Positions 1 through 11,294 are shown, counted from the first letter of the whole stretch. The stretch is 53,934 nt of DNA, filler included, from a bacterium (GCA_040757115.1; 11 parts of 11 records of this genome joined end to end with filler, not necessarily neighbours in it); one strand, 5' to 3'. Notes: a model not told the origin generated them from the sequence alone. Numbers and translations: made by a program.

Positions 1-207
1 TTTTTGCATTTTGCATTGTAATTTTGATATTTGCATTTTGATATTTACATTAAAGTTCTTCTTGCTATCGCTCTCCCCAAAAGAGGAACCTATTTATGAA
101 AAAGCAATTAGGTTCGCTTTCCTGCTTTTTATTATTCGTGTTCATTCGTGGTTATATATTCCCTCTGTGTTCTCTGTGACTCTGTGGCTATATCCCTGAA
201 CGGTTAC
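1..207. repeat. Right part of a miniature element: (TTTGCAT/TTTGATA)n arm, TTCGTGTTCATTCGTGG and CTCTGTG motifs, ending in CCTGAACGGTTAC
   Basis: Positions 135-207 nearly match 14730-14802 and 33550-33662; the terminal CTGAACGGTTAC recurs throughout the window. Confidence 0.8.
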
Positions 208-988
208 AACTTTCTCTATTAATTTCTCTTCCTACCACCATCATATTCCAATCCTTTTCTGTCAATTCTTTTTTAATCTCAAGAAATGGATAAAATTCAA
301 CTTTCTTAAACCCTGCAACTTCAAGGAAATATTTTATCTCCTGTGGAAATATGAATCTCATTGGATGTGTTTCTAATATTTCCTTTAGCATATTTAGTTT
401 ATGCTCCTTCAAGTGCCATACCCTGAAATTGACTTTAACAATATGGTTGATAATATCAACTTCGGGTTGCGAAAATCTGAGAATCGTTTCATTTTTGTTT
501 AACTTTACTTCTTTTGTTACTGGTTTAGGCTTATCAATGAGAACTGCCGGACCGTGCCAGCAGTCAAACAAGAATAATCCGTTAGAGATGAGGCTTTCTC
601 TTGCCAATTTGCAAACATCAGCAATTGCCTTATTGGTTATTTGATAACTCATCACCGCAAACATTGAGATTACCGCATCAAATTTTTTATTCAAGGAGAT
701 ATTTGTTATATCACCTTTTATAAACTCAATATCAAGTTTTGCCTTTTTAGCTTTATTTGCCGCAACCTCAAGCATTGGTTGAGATTTATCTATGGCGGTG
801 AGATTATATCCCCTTTTTGCGAGGATAAGGGCATGTCCACCAGTGCCACAACCTAATTCAAGAATTGTTTTTGGCTGGTAATTATGTTTTTTAAAAATTG
901 CCTCTATAAAATCACACTCTTTCTCGTAATTTTTATCCTGATACAGGGCATCGTAGAGATTAGCATATTCTTCTCCAAATGGTATCAT
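188..988 (-). CDS. Class I SAM-dependent methyltransferase
   Basis: ILELGCGTGGH motif I; likely start is ATG 988 (MIPFGEEY) with GAGGTGA SD at 994-1000; the stop lies inside the downstream repeat. Confidence 0.9.
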   Translation of the reverse strand: MIPFGEEYANLYDALYQDKNYEKECDFIEAIFKKHNYQPKTILELGCGTGGHALILAKRGYNLTAIDKSQPMLEVAANKAKKAKLDIEFIKGDITNISLNKKFDAVISMFAVMSYQITNKAIADVCKLARESLISNGLFLFDCWHGPAVLIDKPKPVTKEVKLNKNETILRFSQPEVDIINHIVKVNFRVWHLKEHKLNMLKEILETHPMRFIFPQEIKYFLEVAGFKKVEFYPFLEIKKELTEKDWNMMVVGREINRESCNRSGI

Positions 989-1060
989 AAAAATCACCTC
1001 CTTAAAACATTCTACAACTTTCAAAGGAAATAATAACATAATTTTATATTTTGGTCAAGG

Positions 1061-1160
1061 NNNNNNNNNNNNNNNNNNNNNNNNNNNNNNNNNNNNNNNN
1101 NNNNTTAATTAATTAANNNNNNNNNNNNNNNNNNNNNNNNNNNNNNNNNNNNNNNNNNNN
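1061..1160. other. Artificial contig linker (N-TTAATTAATTAA-N); the same linker is at 2216, 3354, 4490, 5622, 27565, 28677, 29788, 30898 and 32004
   Basis: Identical 100-nt spacer with stops in all frames. Confidence 0.97.
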
Positions 1161-2206
1161 ATATATGCTGTAAATACAAGGTGCCAGTGTCTAATGATAC
1201 CATTAAACTTACGCATTTGATATTGGCCTAATCCTATATGTTGTTTAGAATCTCTATAGAAGGTTTCTGTTAAAACTCGCTTAAAGTAAGTCTCAAGATT
1301 CCTTTTACCAGACCAATTTAACTCACTACCAATGATAAAATCGGGTGGTTGATTAATTATGTCTTCTTCAGTTTGTTTGGCTGATATTTCTTTGTTTAGA
1401 ACCAGACTTACTGAACCAATTTTAGGAATATCTACTGTGATGGGACAAATATAATACTCCTTATCACCTATCTTGGTTGGAGAAGAATATTGATTATGAG
1501 GTACTGTCTTTGCCAGATCAGACACCGTATATTTCTTCCCATTATAGTAAATTTTCCGATTGGACTTTATGGAAAAACTAAATTTGAATCCTTTAGCTTT
1601 AATTGCCTTGATTACACTATAACAACAATACCAACTGTCTCCTATAACTACTACTTCTACTCCCTTAGGTGGAGTAAAACTCTTTATTAGTCTGATAGCT
1701 AACTCAATTTTGGTATGAAATGTTAAATTCTCCTCTTTACAAGTCTCTTCCTTGATATAAGGGAAGAATTCAAAGGGAAATACAAGATCGTCTATTATAC
1801 ATATAGCGGTAACTAAGTTATGTCCTAATACTCTCTTCCTGGAGGTAGTTGAATGATGATAACCAACTTTCTCAATATGTTTGCCTGTTTTATCAATAAC
1901 AGTGTCATCTATAACAAGATATATCCTTTTTGCCCTAAATTTTGATATGGCGATATTTACCAGTTTTCTTCTGTTTCTACGCAAAGCTCTGGTTAACCAA
2001 GGAGATTCTCTAACAAAACGGTTAAGAGAACTTTGATCTTTATTACGACCAAGTTGTTTATTAATGTCTTGAATATTTCGAGATTCTAAACAGAGAATCA
2101 ATCCTATTACATAAAAACAGAAATTCTGGAATTGAGGTTTACTAAAGTAAGGCTTAAAAATCTCTAAACACTTTAACAAAATATCTGGAATAGTAACTAT
2201 CATCAT
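1161..2206 (-). mobile_element. IS701-family-like DDE transposase, 3' end cut by contig edge
   Basis: LVIDDTVIDKTGK, GDSWY and ETFYRDSKQHIGLGQYQMR motifs typical of IS701/IS4-superfamily transposases. Confidence 0.85.
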
Positions 2207-2342
2207 ATCTATTTCNNNNNNNNNNNNNNNNNNNNNNNNNNNNNNNNNNNNNNNNNNNNTTAATTAATTAANNNNNNNNNNNNNNNNNNNNNNNNNNNNN
2301 NNNNNNNNNNNNNNNGGTTGAATGCAAAATAAAAGTGAGCAG

Positions 2343-3353
2343 CTAATTTTTAAGTAATTCTTGAATTTTTTCTTTTGATTTTGAGTTGATTTCAAATAAT
2401 AAATTTTTAATAATTTCAGATTTTTGTTCTTTCTCAAAATAAATGTAAAGTTGTTCTTCTTTAAGATTCCATTCAGCTAAAACAAAATAATTGATATAGG
2501 ATTCAGGTAAGAATACCTTTTCATTTAAGACGTCAATAAAGGCTTTATGGGTTTGTTCTTTATCCTCTTTTACCTGCCTAAGGAAATAAATCTTAGGTAC
2601 AAAGTCTCCTTCTCTTTTAGGTTTTGATTCTGGTGGTTGATAACCAGTATATCTTTGAGAGGATAGATTAAACCACTCTAATTTTTCATCAATTTCTGAT
2701 ATTGATTTAAAGTCAAATCTCTTCCAGAATTTTCTGGAGAAGACGCTGTTATTCCCTTCAATAGAGGCCTGAGAAAAAGGTCTTCTTGGGACAGAAAAGA
2801 TAGGTATAACTTGGTTTTCTAAAAGAAACTTCATTGTGCGGGAGATGTTTCTCTTCCCCGATGCTGAACCAATAGTAGCCAAAGAATTATCTATCTTTAT
2901 AAAATCTGGTTTTTCAAAGTTGTGGAAAAAGTCTTGAGAGGATTTAATAAACTCATCAGCTGTTTGACTTAAGACTCGCTTAAAATAACGGAATCTTGGC
3001 TCTTTCTTAAAGGAGAAGGCAATAAAGTTTAAGGGTTCGGTTCTTCCTGTAATATATTTTTCACCCACAAAGTCTGATTCCATGACCCTTCCTCCTAAGA
3101 GATGGTAGATGGTATATTCAGGATAGCATAGATATTTGGCTGCTCCTTTGTGTGTGTTTTCCTTTCTCTTTGTAGAGAGACCTAAATCAGCTAAGATTTG
3201 ACCAATGGTTCTTAAGGGTGGACAGATAAGATGAGGATATCTTTTCTGCCACTCTTGATTAATTGCTGTAGCTCCGAGATAAAATTGACAAGGGTCTGTT
3301 TTAAGATCATGGTAGATTGTCTTGATTCTTTTCTCATCGGCTTTTGTCCATTT
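2343..3353 (-). mobile_element. Integrase-core (IS481-like) DDE transposase, 5' end cut by contig edge
   Basis: The frame stays open from the track start (3083) back to 3353 (KWTKADEKRIK...RTIGQILADLGL); D-D-E candidates are ESDFVG / KIDN / SIEGNN. Confidence 0.65.
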
Positions 3354-3476
3354 NNNNNNNNNNNNNNNNNNNNNNNNNNNNNNNNNNNNNNNNNNNNTTA
3401 ATTAATTAANNNNNNNNNNNNNNNNNNNNNNNNNNNNNNNNNNNNNNNNNNNNCAAATAAAAGGGGGAATTAAAAA

Positions 3477-4489
3477 ATGGCTCTTACGGGTGTGCAAATA
3501 TTTAAAAAATTACCACAAACAAATTGTAAGGAATGTAACTTTCCAACCTGCCTTGCCTTTGCGATGGCATTAGCCTCGGCTAAAACCGAGATTGAGAAAT
3601 GTCCTTATGTCTCAGAGGATGTTAAATCTGAATTAGCAGAAGCCTCTGCTCCTCCAATACGCGGGGTAAAAATTGGCTCAGGTGAGACCGCAATTACGAT
3701 TGGTGAAGAAACCGTCCTTTTCCGCCATGAAAAACGGTTTGAACATCCAACCGCCTTTGGAGTTCTAATCACGGATGAAGAAAATGAAACAGAGATAACA
3801 AGGAAGATAAAGGCATTAAATGAAACGAAATATCTACGCGTTGGAGTAGAATTAAAACCCGAATTAGCCGCTTTGAAAAATACCTCTAAAAATAAAGAAA
3901 CATTTATGAAATTAGTTAATACCGCCAGAGATTCAGTCAGCGGTTGTCTGATGCTGATGAGTGAAGATGTGGAGATATTAGGAGAGGCGGCAAGATTATG
4001 TAAGGATAAAAGACCAATTCTTTATGCGGCGACATCAGATAATTATCAAAAAGTCGCACAGATTAGCAAGGAAAATAATTGTCCGATTGTTGCCAGAGGA
4101 AATGGTCTGGAAGAACTGGCGACACTCACAGATAATTTAGTCAAAACCGGGATTAAGGATATAGTCTTAGATTCAAATCCATCAACCTTAAAACAGGCTT
4201 ATGAAGACCAGATATTCACTCGCAGGCTTTCATTACTTAAAGCCTTTCGTCCCTTAGGATTTCCAACAATTGCTTTTCCTTGTGAGATGGCGGATAATCT
4301 AATGGAGGAAAGTCTAATCGGCACAGTGTTTATCTCAAAATACGCCGGGATAGTGATTTTTTCAGATATTCAACCTCACCACATGTTACCTCTTTTAGTC
4401 TATCGCTTAAATCTCTTTACCGACCCACAACGACCATTGACGATGGATGAAGGAATCTACGAATTTGGCAATCCGGATGCGAATTCTCC
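3477..4489 (+). CDS. acsC: Corrinoid iron-sulfur protein large subunit (ACDS gamma), truncated by contig end
   Basis: MALTGVQIFKKLPQTNCKECNFPTCLAFA 4Fe-4S N-terminus; EETVLFRHEKRF; FTDPQRP. Confidence 0.93.
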
Positions 4490-4594
4490 NNNNNNNNNNN
4501 NNNNNNNNNNNNNNNNNNNNNNNNNNNNNNNNNTTAATTAATTAANNNNNNNNNNNNNNNNNNNNNNNNNNNNNNNNNNNNNNNNNNNNTTTTT

Positions 4595-4663
4595 CACGCA
4601 AAGGACGCAAAGGTAATTTTTTCCCTTATTCCCCTTTGCGTTCTTTGCGTGCTTGGCGTGAAA
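4595..4663. repeat. Imperfect palindrome CACGCAAAGGACGCAAAG ... CTTTGCGTTCTTTGCGTG
   Basis: Arms are reverse complements; same style as the CGCAGAGACGCAGAG hairpins elsewhere. Confidence 0.7.
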
Positions 4664-4696
4664 CTTCCTTAAACACATACTTAAGGTAATAACTTA

Positions 4697-5530
4697 TTAC
4701 CTTGTTCCCTCATATAGCTGTTTTCTCTTTGCCTCTAACAAATCTTCTTCCAACCCTAAGAATTCTGCGGCACAGATAATCCTTTTATTTAACTTTTCGG
4801 CGATAGTTAGAGCCTCTTTTAACTTATCTCGCCATTTTAGTTTTCGGACATAATGATGGTCGATAATAAAGTCTTTTATCCTTGTTTCTTTAATAATCCT
4901 GATTATATTTGGAATGATATTTTGAAATGGAAATGTCATTGGACCATCAAAGATAACCACCTCTGGGTTTTGTTTTAAGATAAAATCAACCTGGCAGTCG
5001 AGATTTCCTCCTTCAATGTCTGATGTATGGACTAATTTAGATGAACCATCGGTAATAGACACCTCAGTCACATATCCCAATCTATCTATATTTCCATGAG
5101 GCACCGCGGCAGAGAAGGTAATTTTAGTTTTACCAAACGCAAATTCCTTGCCATCAGAATAATTTAGATTCTCAATCCCTTTAATCATCTCTAAAAATTC
5201 TGCGGCTCTTGTTTTTTGACTTTGATTTATATTTAAAGTTGGATGTTTAACGAAGATAATTTTATTGCCATAGAGTTCTGGATATGAAGGGTTATAATGG
5301 TCATAATGATAATGAGTGATAATCAGCACATCTGATTTTTTAGCATATTCTTTAATTACTTCCCAATGTTGTGCTTCTCGCTCTAATTCAATGGGATGAG
5401 GAGGAAGTCCTGATTTTATTGGGGCTAAAGATACGGCTGGGTCAATGACTATCTTTAAATCGCTGGTCTCAACATAAGTTGCCATTGACCTTGTGCCTAA
5501 AGAATCAAAGGCTAATGGAAGTATTTTCAT
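4697..5530 (-). CDS. MBL-fold metallo-hydrolase (UPF0282-like)
   Basis: THYHYDH motif; N-terminal LAFDSLGTRSMAT. Confidence 0.8.
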   Translation of the reverse strand: MKILPLAFDSLGTRSMATYVETSDLKIVIDPAVSLAPIKSGLPPHPIELEREAQHWEVIKEYAKKSDVLIITHYHYDHYNPSYPELYGNKIIFVKHPTLNINQSQKTRAAEFLEMIKGIENLNYSDGKEFAFGKTKITFSAAVPHGNIDRLGYVTEVSITDGSSKLVHTSDIEGGNLDCQVDFILKQNPEVVIFDGPMTFPFQNIIPNIIRIIKETRIKDFIIDHHYVRKLKWRDKLKEALTIAEKLNKRIICAAEFLGLEEDLLEAKRKQLYEGTR

Positions 5531-5561
5531 CGGATTATTTCCCTGTGAAATTTGACTACCC

Positions 5562-5621
5562 GTAACCGTTCAGGTGGTAATTTACCGCAGAGACGCAGAG
5601 GAACAGAGAAGATATGGAAAT
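5562..5621 (+). mobile_element. Left end of a GTAACCGTTCAG element, with the start of a GxxExxY-like ORF (ATG GAA AT..)
   Basis: Near-identical to 53565-53624; the contig breaks inside it. Confidence 0.75.
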
Positions 5622-5723
5622 NNNNNNNNNNNNNNNNNNNNNNNNNNNNNNNNNNNNNNNNNNNNTTAATTAATTAANNNNNNNNNNNNNNNNNNNNNNN
5701 NNNNNNNNNNNNNNNNNNNNNTT

Positions 5724-5879
5724 GCAGGGGAATTAGTATTTGAAAAGAGTGGAATGAATGAAATCAAATGGAACCTAAAGAATAAAGATAACGAAGATGT
5801 TGCCTCAGGTATTTATATCTATTTTTTAAAGGATGAACTCGGCTCGGTTAAGAGAGGTAAGATTGGGGTGATAAAGTAA
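5724..5879 (+). CDS. C-terminal fragment of a secreted protein with a FlgD-Ig/T9SS-CTD-like tail
   Basis: Manual translation AGELVFEKSG...WNLKNKDNEDVASGIYIYFLKDELGSVKRGKIGVIK*, similar to the tail of 19322-26395. Confidence 0.75.
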   Translation, partial: AGELVFEKSGMNEIKWNLKNKDNEDVASGIYIYFLKDELGSVKRGKIGVIK

Positions 5880-5994
5880 AGACCATAGAGCGTAACATCT
5901 CCCTGCCCTTCGTGCTCTTCGTGGTGAATAGTTACATTAAAAGTAAGTAATCGGTTAACCGGTAACTAATAACCATTCACCAATTACTAAAGTA

Positions 5995-6690
5995 ATGGAG
6001 GAAAAAGATATGAGTCTGCGGTGGAGTTTTGTTTTTACTATTATTATATTATTTTTATTGAATGTGCTAATACAGAATTCATGGGCAAAAGATAGAACTT
6101 CTTACCTGTTGGGTAAGGATGATGTCATAAAGGTTTTTGTCTGGGACCATCCAGAATTAAGTGGTGATATGGTAGTTAATCCCGCAGGTAATATCTCCTT
6201 TCTTCTATTGGGAGATGTGATGGTTGAAGGATTAACAGAAGAGGAGTTAGAAAAGATATTAACCGAAAAGTTTTCCCAGTATATAATGGCTCCCCAGGTT
6301 TCGGTCACGATAGTAGGATATAACAGTAAAAAAATTTATATTTTAGGCGAAGTAAGTAAACCGGGTGAGTATCCAATTGGCGGAACGGTTATATCGTTAC
6401 GGGAAGCTATACTCAAAGCCGGCTTACCAACTAAATCTGCGGCACTGGGACGAGTGCGAATTATCACACCACAACCGACTAAACCAATAGTTAAAATCGT
6501 AAATCTATCACTGATTTTAAATAAAGGATGTTTGAAAGAAGATATTGATTTGCAGGCAGGGGATATAGTTTATATTCCATCTAATATACCAGCTAAAATA
6601 GGTGATGGTTTAGATAAAATTGCGTCACCTATTAGTAGGATTCTTGCCTTTATAGGATTAATAGAAGGGATTAAAGGAATTGGGGAATAA
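5995..6690 (+). CDS. wza: Polysaccharide export protein (Wza/Poly_export + SLBB)
   Basis: YLLGKDDVIKVFVW, GEVSKPGEY and LQAGDIVYIP motifs; signal peptide. Confidence 0.85.
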   Translation: MEEKDMSLRWSFVFTIIILFLLNVLIQNSWAKDRTSYLLGKDDVIKVFVWDHPELSGDMVVNPAGNISFLLLGDVMVEGLTEEELEKILTEKFSQYIMAPQVSVTIVGYNSKKIYILGEVSKPGEYPIGGTVISLREAILKAGLPTKSAALGRVRIITPQPTKPIVKIVNLSLILNKGCLKEDIDLQAGDIVYIPSNIPAKIGDGLDKIASPISRILAFIGLIEGIKGIGE

Positions 6691-6699
6691 GGAGAAGAG

Positions 6700-8247
6700 A
6701 TGGATATACTTAAAGCAACACGAGTTAATATAGGTGATTATCTCCAGGTAATATTTCGTCGGAAATGGCTATTTATAATACCCTTTTTTACTATATTTCT
6801 TACGACGACAATAGGGGCTATCTTTATGCCTAAAATTTATGAATCTAAGGCTATGCTTGTGGTAGAAGAAAAGCAACTTCTTTCACCATTAGTCAGTGGT
6901 ATGGCTGTTGCACCTACTATTCAGGAACGTCTGGATATCTTAAAAGAGCAAATAACGAGTTGGTATAGGTTAGCCGAGATGGTTGAGGCATTAAAATTAT
7001 GTACCTATACCAAAGACCAGACTAAAATTAATGCCTATATTCAATCCCTTCAGAAGAGAATTAAAGTTATTTTAAAAGCAAGATTTCTTATTCAAGTATC
7101 TTTTGAAGATACAAATCCAAAAGTTGCTGAGGCAGTAGTCAACTATATTACTAAGAGTTTGGTTAAAGAAGAAATTTCTGGCCAGGAAGAAGAGGCACTT
7201 TCGGCTATTAAATTTATTGCGGATCAAGTTAAGCATTATCAAGAAAAACTTGAAGAGGCAGAGGCATCATTAAAAGACTTCAAAGAGAAAAATCTATTAG
7301 AATTGCCAGGTAGTGGTGGCTCAAACTTAGCTAAGGCAATTGGTATTAAAGATGCTCTGTTAGAAATTAGACTTGATTTACAAGAGGCTCATAAAACTAA
7401 ACAATTGCTACAAAGACAATTGGCTAGTGAAGAAAAAATTATCACTTCTAAAACAACCTCAATAAATCCTGTTATCGAAAAATTAAACGCTAAATTGATT
7501 GAACTTCAAACAGAATTGAGTGACCTTAAGGCAAAAAAATGCACAGATGAACATCCATGGGTAATAGCGTTAAAGGATAGCATTCAAAAACTTGAAGCAC
7601 GCATTGAAGATGAAAAACATTCAACAATAAGTAGTGAAGTAACAGAAGTTAATCCAACATATATGGAAATAGAGTCGAAATTACGCGATACAGAGGCATT
7701 AATTGATTCTCTGAGCGCCAGAGAAAAACAATTACAAGAATTAGCCACATCATATGAAAGCCGGGCAAGGATAGTTCCGAGTCAAGAACAAGAACTCACC
7801 CGGCTAACCAGAGATATGGGAGTGAATGAAAGTATTTATTCGATGTTATTAAATCGATTAGAAACAGCTAATATCTCTCAAAAATTAGAGAAGGCAGAAC
7901 GCGGAACAAGATTTAAAATTATAGACCCCGCAAGAGAACCTTTACACCCAATTAAACCTGATATGAATATGATGGTTTTTTTAGCATTTGTTATTGGGTC
8001 GATTTTTGGATGTGGATGTGTTTTCTTAGGCGAATATACAGACCATTCCTTCAGAAGCCTGGAAGATGCTGAATCTGTTTTAGCAGTCCCTTCTTTAGGC
8101 TCTATATCGAAAATAACTACTGTTGAGGAACTTATAAATCAGCGGGCAAAACAGAAAAGAAGAATCGTATTAGTGACAATTTTTACTCTATGTCTAGTCG
8201 GAGTGATTGTGTTTGTTGTTTTATTAACAATGAATCCTGTAAAGTAA
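6700..8247 (+). CDS. Polysaccharide co-polymerase / chain-length determinant (Wzc N-terminal part, GumC-like)
   Basis: Two TM segments flanking a long coiled coil; IIDPAREPLHPIKP motif. Confidence 0.87.
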   Translation: MDILKATRVNIGDYLQVIFRRKWLFIIPFFTIFLTTTIGAIFMPKIYESKAMLVVEEKQLLSPLVSGMAVAPTIQERLDILKEQITSWYRLAEMVEALKLCTYTKDQTKINAYIQSLQKRIKVILKARFLIQVSFEDTNPKVAEAVVNYITKSLVKEEISGQEEEALSAIKFIADQVKHYQEKLEEAEASLKDFKEKNLLELPGSGGSNLAKAIGIKDALLEIRLDLQEAHKTKQLLQRQLASEEKIITSKTTSINPVIEKLNAKLIELQTELSDLKAKKCTDEHPWVIALKDSIQKLEARIEDEKHSTISSEVTEVNPTYMEIESKLRDTEALIDSLSAREKQLQELATSYESRARIVPSQEQELTRLTRDMGVNESIYSMLLNRLETANISQKLEKAERGTRFKIIDPAREPLHPIKPDMNMMVFLAFVIGSIFGCGCVFLGEYTDHSFRSLEDAESVLAVPSLGSISKITTVEELINQRAKQKRRIVLVTIFTLCLVGVIVFVVLLTMNPVK

Positions 8248-8276
8248 GTGATAACTGGTGATTGGTAAATGGTAAT

Positions 8277-8506
8277 TATAGCAGTTATTAGTCAAATTTT
8301 ACTCAGAGTGGATAAGTAAAAAATCCCAAATCCCAAGCACCAAATTCCACATACCAAAAAGCGAATTAGAGATTAGTGAATTAGAGATTAGATTTTACTA
8401 ATTCGCTAATTCGCTTAATTCACTAATTCACTAAATGGAATTTGGAATTTGTGATTTGGAATTTCATAGCCATATCTGGGTCAAATTTCGATTAATAAGT
8501 GCTATA
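8277..8506. mobile_element. MITE-like element with TATAGCAGTTATTAGTCAAA / TTCGATTAATAAGTGCTATA ends and nested heptamer hairpins
   Basis: Terminal IRs; an inverted copy with a different core is at 47013-47234. Confidence 0.8.
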
Positions 8507-8547
8507 AATACCATTTAACCAGTGACCAACATAGAAGGAGTGCCAAA

Positions 8548-9393
8548 ATGGATGAATTAAACAAGAAATCAAAAAAGTCTAATATGGAACATCAAAAAGA
8601 TGAGTTAGAAGATAATGGAATGAGAGAGAAAAAAAGGCAGAAGATTTCTGTTCCGCCGCCTTCATTGTATGTGGCAAGTAGCAGAAAAGGTGGAGGGATA
8701 GATTCTCGAATAGTCACTTATCATGACCCTAAAGCCCCTATCGCAGAACAGTATCGCATTCTAAGAACTAATATTCAACGCCTTACGCCGGAAAATCCCC
8801 CTCGCGTCATTGCGGTTACCAGTGCTTTACATCAGGAAGGTAAGACAACTACGGCGATTAATTTAAGTGTAGTTATGGCTCAGGACCTTCATAAAAAAAT
8901 ACTTCTATGTGATTGTGACCTCCGTAAACCAATGGTGCATAAATTGATGGGAATAGATTCCAATAAAGGAATAGCCGAAATCCTTCTTTATGATGCCGAT
9001 ATTGAATCTGTATTACACACTGGTAAAGTGGAGAATTTAACCATTCTTCCTTGTGGCAAAAGACCACCTAATCCTGCAGAATTACTTGGTTCATATAAAA
9101 TGAAAGAATTGATAAATGAATTAAGAACAAAATTTGACTACATAATTATTGATACCCCACCAGTTTTAGCTATTACAGATGTTGGAATTATCGCCGATTA
9201 TATTGATGGAGTAATATTCGCTGTCCAGGCATGGAGAACACAACGAGAGGCAGTTTTAAGAAGTCAAGCACTACTCACAGCCGCACGCGCTAAAATTCTG
9301 GGATTTGTTCTGACAAATGTAGAACATTTTGTCCCAAGATATCTATATCACTATGGTTATGGTTACCAATATGGATATTATCACTACGCATAA
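8548..9393 (+). CDS. CpsD/CapB-family bacterial tyrosine kinase
   Basis: AEQYRILRTN, Walker A EGKTT, DCDLRKP, IIDTPP and a C-terminal Tyr cluster. Confidence 0.92.
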   Translation: MDELNKKSKKSNMEHQKDELEDNGMREKKRQKISVPPPSLYVASSRKGGGIDSRIVTYHDPKAPIAEQYRILRTNIQRLTPENPPRVIAVTSALHQEGKTTTAINLSVVMAQDLHKKILLCDCDLRKPMVHKLMGIDSNKGIAEILLYDADIESVLHTGKVENLTILPCGKRPPNPAELLGSYKMKELINELRTKFDYIIIDTPPVLAITDVGIIADYIDGVIFAVQAWRTQREAVLRSQALLTAARAKILGFVLTNVEHFVPRYLYHYGYGYQYGYYHYA

Positions 9394-10853
9394 AAAAGAA
9401 ATAAAGTAACTGTTACCATTATTTTAAGTGAACTTGCAAGGAATTCCAATGCCTCTTGCTTATTCTTAATTTTCTTATCAACAAATGCCTCCTCTACCTC
9501 TCTTAATAATTTACCTATCAGTGGTCCAGAGGGAAGTCCAAAATGTTCCATTATCTCACTGCCTTTAAGTATCTTTGGCGGCATAATCGTCTGTGAAGGA
9601 GAATAGAATTTATCTATCATATTATTGATTGTTTGGTAGTATTTGTGCAGGTCTTCCGGAGAAACCTTTTGTCCTAAGGTTGCATATCTATCTGCTAATG
9701 TAAGTAATAAACTACTTATCCCCTCTTGCCCCATATCTCTAAAGAATCGATGCAGAGCACGGTTAGTAATTGTTGGTGCTTGAATAAGATAGCCTGGACG
9801 CATATGATTGCGAATGATTAATCCCATCATCTTTTTTTCCTTCGTGCCCAATTTTAGCCTGCTGGCGATTTTTGAGGATATTTTAGCCCCCAATATTTCA
9901 TGACCTATGAACCTGATTTTACCCGAAATCTCTTGTGTCATTGTTTCGTATTTGCCAATATCATGGAATAATGAGATGAGCTTAAGATTAACCAATCTGT
10001 TATGTTCTTTAGTTATAGGCTCGTTTAAATATTTTCTTATTTCATTATGCCATCCGGGAAATAATCTCTCAAGGCTTGAAACTATACCTTCTAACTGAGC
10101 CAATGTCGCTATGGAATGTTCAAAGACAGATAAATGATGATAGCCGTTTTGTTTAATCTCTTTTAAAGGTATAATTTCTGGAATGATTTCTTCAAACAAT
10201 CCTAATTTATCAAAGTGGGTTATAAAAAAACTTGAATTTTTTGAAGATAATATTAAATAAATTTCATTAGTAATTCGTTCTGCACTAACATTGGAAATTA
10301 ATCCTTTTGACTTAACAATGGTCGAGCAAGTATCCTTTTCTATCTCAAATCCTAATTTGCAACACAGCCGAACCGCTCTTAACATTCGTAATGGGTCATC
10401 TTGAAATGTATTGGGAGAGATAATGCGGATAATTTTTTCTTGAAGGTCTTGGACGCCATTATTTTTATCAATAAGTTCAATATTTGCAGATGTTAAATCT
10501 ATGGCGAGGGCATTTATGGTGAAATCTCGCATCTGCAGGTCTTCAGATATATTTTCTCCTTTAAGATTATTAAAGTCTAAATTTAGTGTCTGGTTTTTTA
10601 ATTTACAGACAACTCTTGCTGTTCCTCTTTCTTTTTCTAAGAGGATGAAGGTTCCGCCTAAAACTTCAGCCACTTTTTGAGCAAAGGATAGGGCATCCCC
10701 TTTTATTGCAAAATCATAATCATTAGACTCACGATTTACGAGGAAATCTCGAATATATCCTCCGACAAGATATAGAGGGAGATTCATCTTAATAGATAAA
10801 TCTTTTATTATCGAAAGGGGAGGATTGCAGATTTTTATTTTATCTATGTTCAT
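9384..10853 (-). CDS. Class II tRNA nucleotidyltransferase with HD domain (possibly CC-adding)
   Basis: LVGGYIRD, DYD, RDFTINA, DDPLRMLRA and FHDIGK motifs. Confidence 0.88.
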   Translation of the reverse strand: MNIDKIKICNPPLSIIKDLSIKMNLPLYLVGGYIRDFLVNRESNDYDFAIKGDALSFAQKVAEVLGGTFILLEKERGTARVVCKLKNQTLNLDFNNLKGENISEDLQMRDFTINALAIDLTSANIELIDKNNGVQDLQEKIIRIISPNTFQDDPLRMLRAVRLCCKLGFEIEKDTCSTIVKSKGLISNVSAERITNEIYLILSSKNSSFFITHFDKLGLFEEIIPEIIPLKEIKQNGYHHLSVFEHSIATLAQLEGIVSSLERLFPGWHNEIRKYLNEPITKEHNRLVNLKLISLFHDIGKYETMTQEISGKIRFIGHEILGAKISSKIASRLKLGTKEKKMMGLIIRNHMRPGYLIQAPTITNRALHRFFRDMGQEGISSLLLTLADRYATLGQKVSPEDLHKYYQTINNMIDKFYSPSQTIMPPKILKGSEIMEHFGLPSGPLIGKLLREVEEAFVDKKIKNKQEALEFLASSLKIMVTVTLFLFYA

Positions 10854-10867
10854 CTTTGGTAAATGGT

Positions 10868-10919
10868 AAAAAAGAAAGGAGCAAGATGCAAATTTTACCT
10901 CTTGCTCCTCCTTTTTTTT
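10868..10919. terminator. Probable intrinsic (bidirectional) terminator
   Basis: AGGAGCAAGA/TCTTGCTCCT stem flanked by A- and T-tracts, downstream of 10942-11160. Confidence 0.6.
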
Positions 10920-10941
10920 AATTTTTTTTCGTATTCCTCAC

Positions 10942-11160
10942 TTATTCTTTTGCAGCTGGTGCTTCTTCTGCTGGTGTTTCTTCTGAACTTACTTCCTCTG
11001 CTTCTTCTGTTGCTGCTTCTTCCTCAGGTGCTGTTGCTTCCTCTTCTACCGTAGTAGCTGGTGGAGCCTCTTCTTTTGCTGGTGGTGCACAACTTGACAG
11101 AATTGTAACGACTCCTACTACCAGGCAGAATGACATTATCAATCTCATTATCTGCATCAA
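10942..11160 (-). CDS. Small acidic Ala/Glu-rich lipoprotein
   Basis: Hydrophobic signal ending LSSC; low-complexity tail; AAGGAGGTG SD upstream. Confidence 0.7.
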   Translation of the reverse strand: MMQIMRLIMSFCLVVGVVTILSSCAPPAKEEAPPATTVEEEATAPEEEAATEEAEEVSSEETPAEEAPAAKE

Positions 11161-11294
11161 TTTATCCTTTCACCTCCTTTTCTAAGGCTGCCTTAGAAAA
11201 ATAGCCTTTTTTTATTTTTATCTCCCACTGATTGATTTATGGTTTCTCTTAAGATATTTTCCCTTCACAAATCCACAGGTTGGGTCTGACCTTA

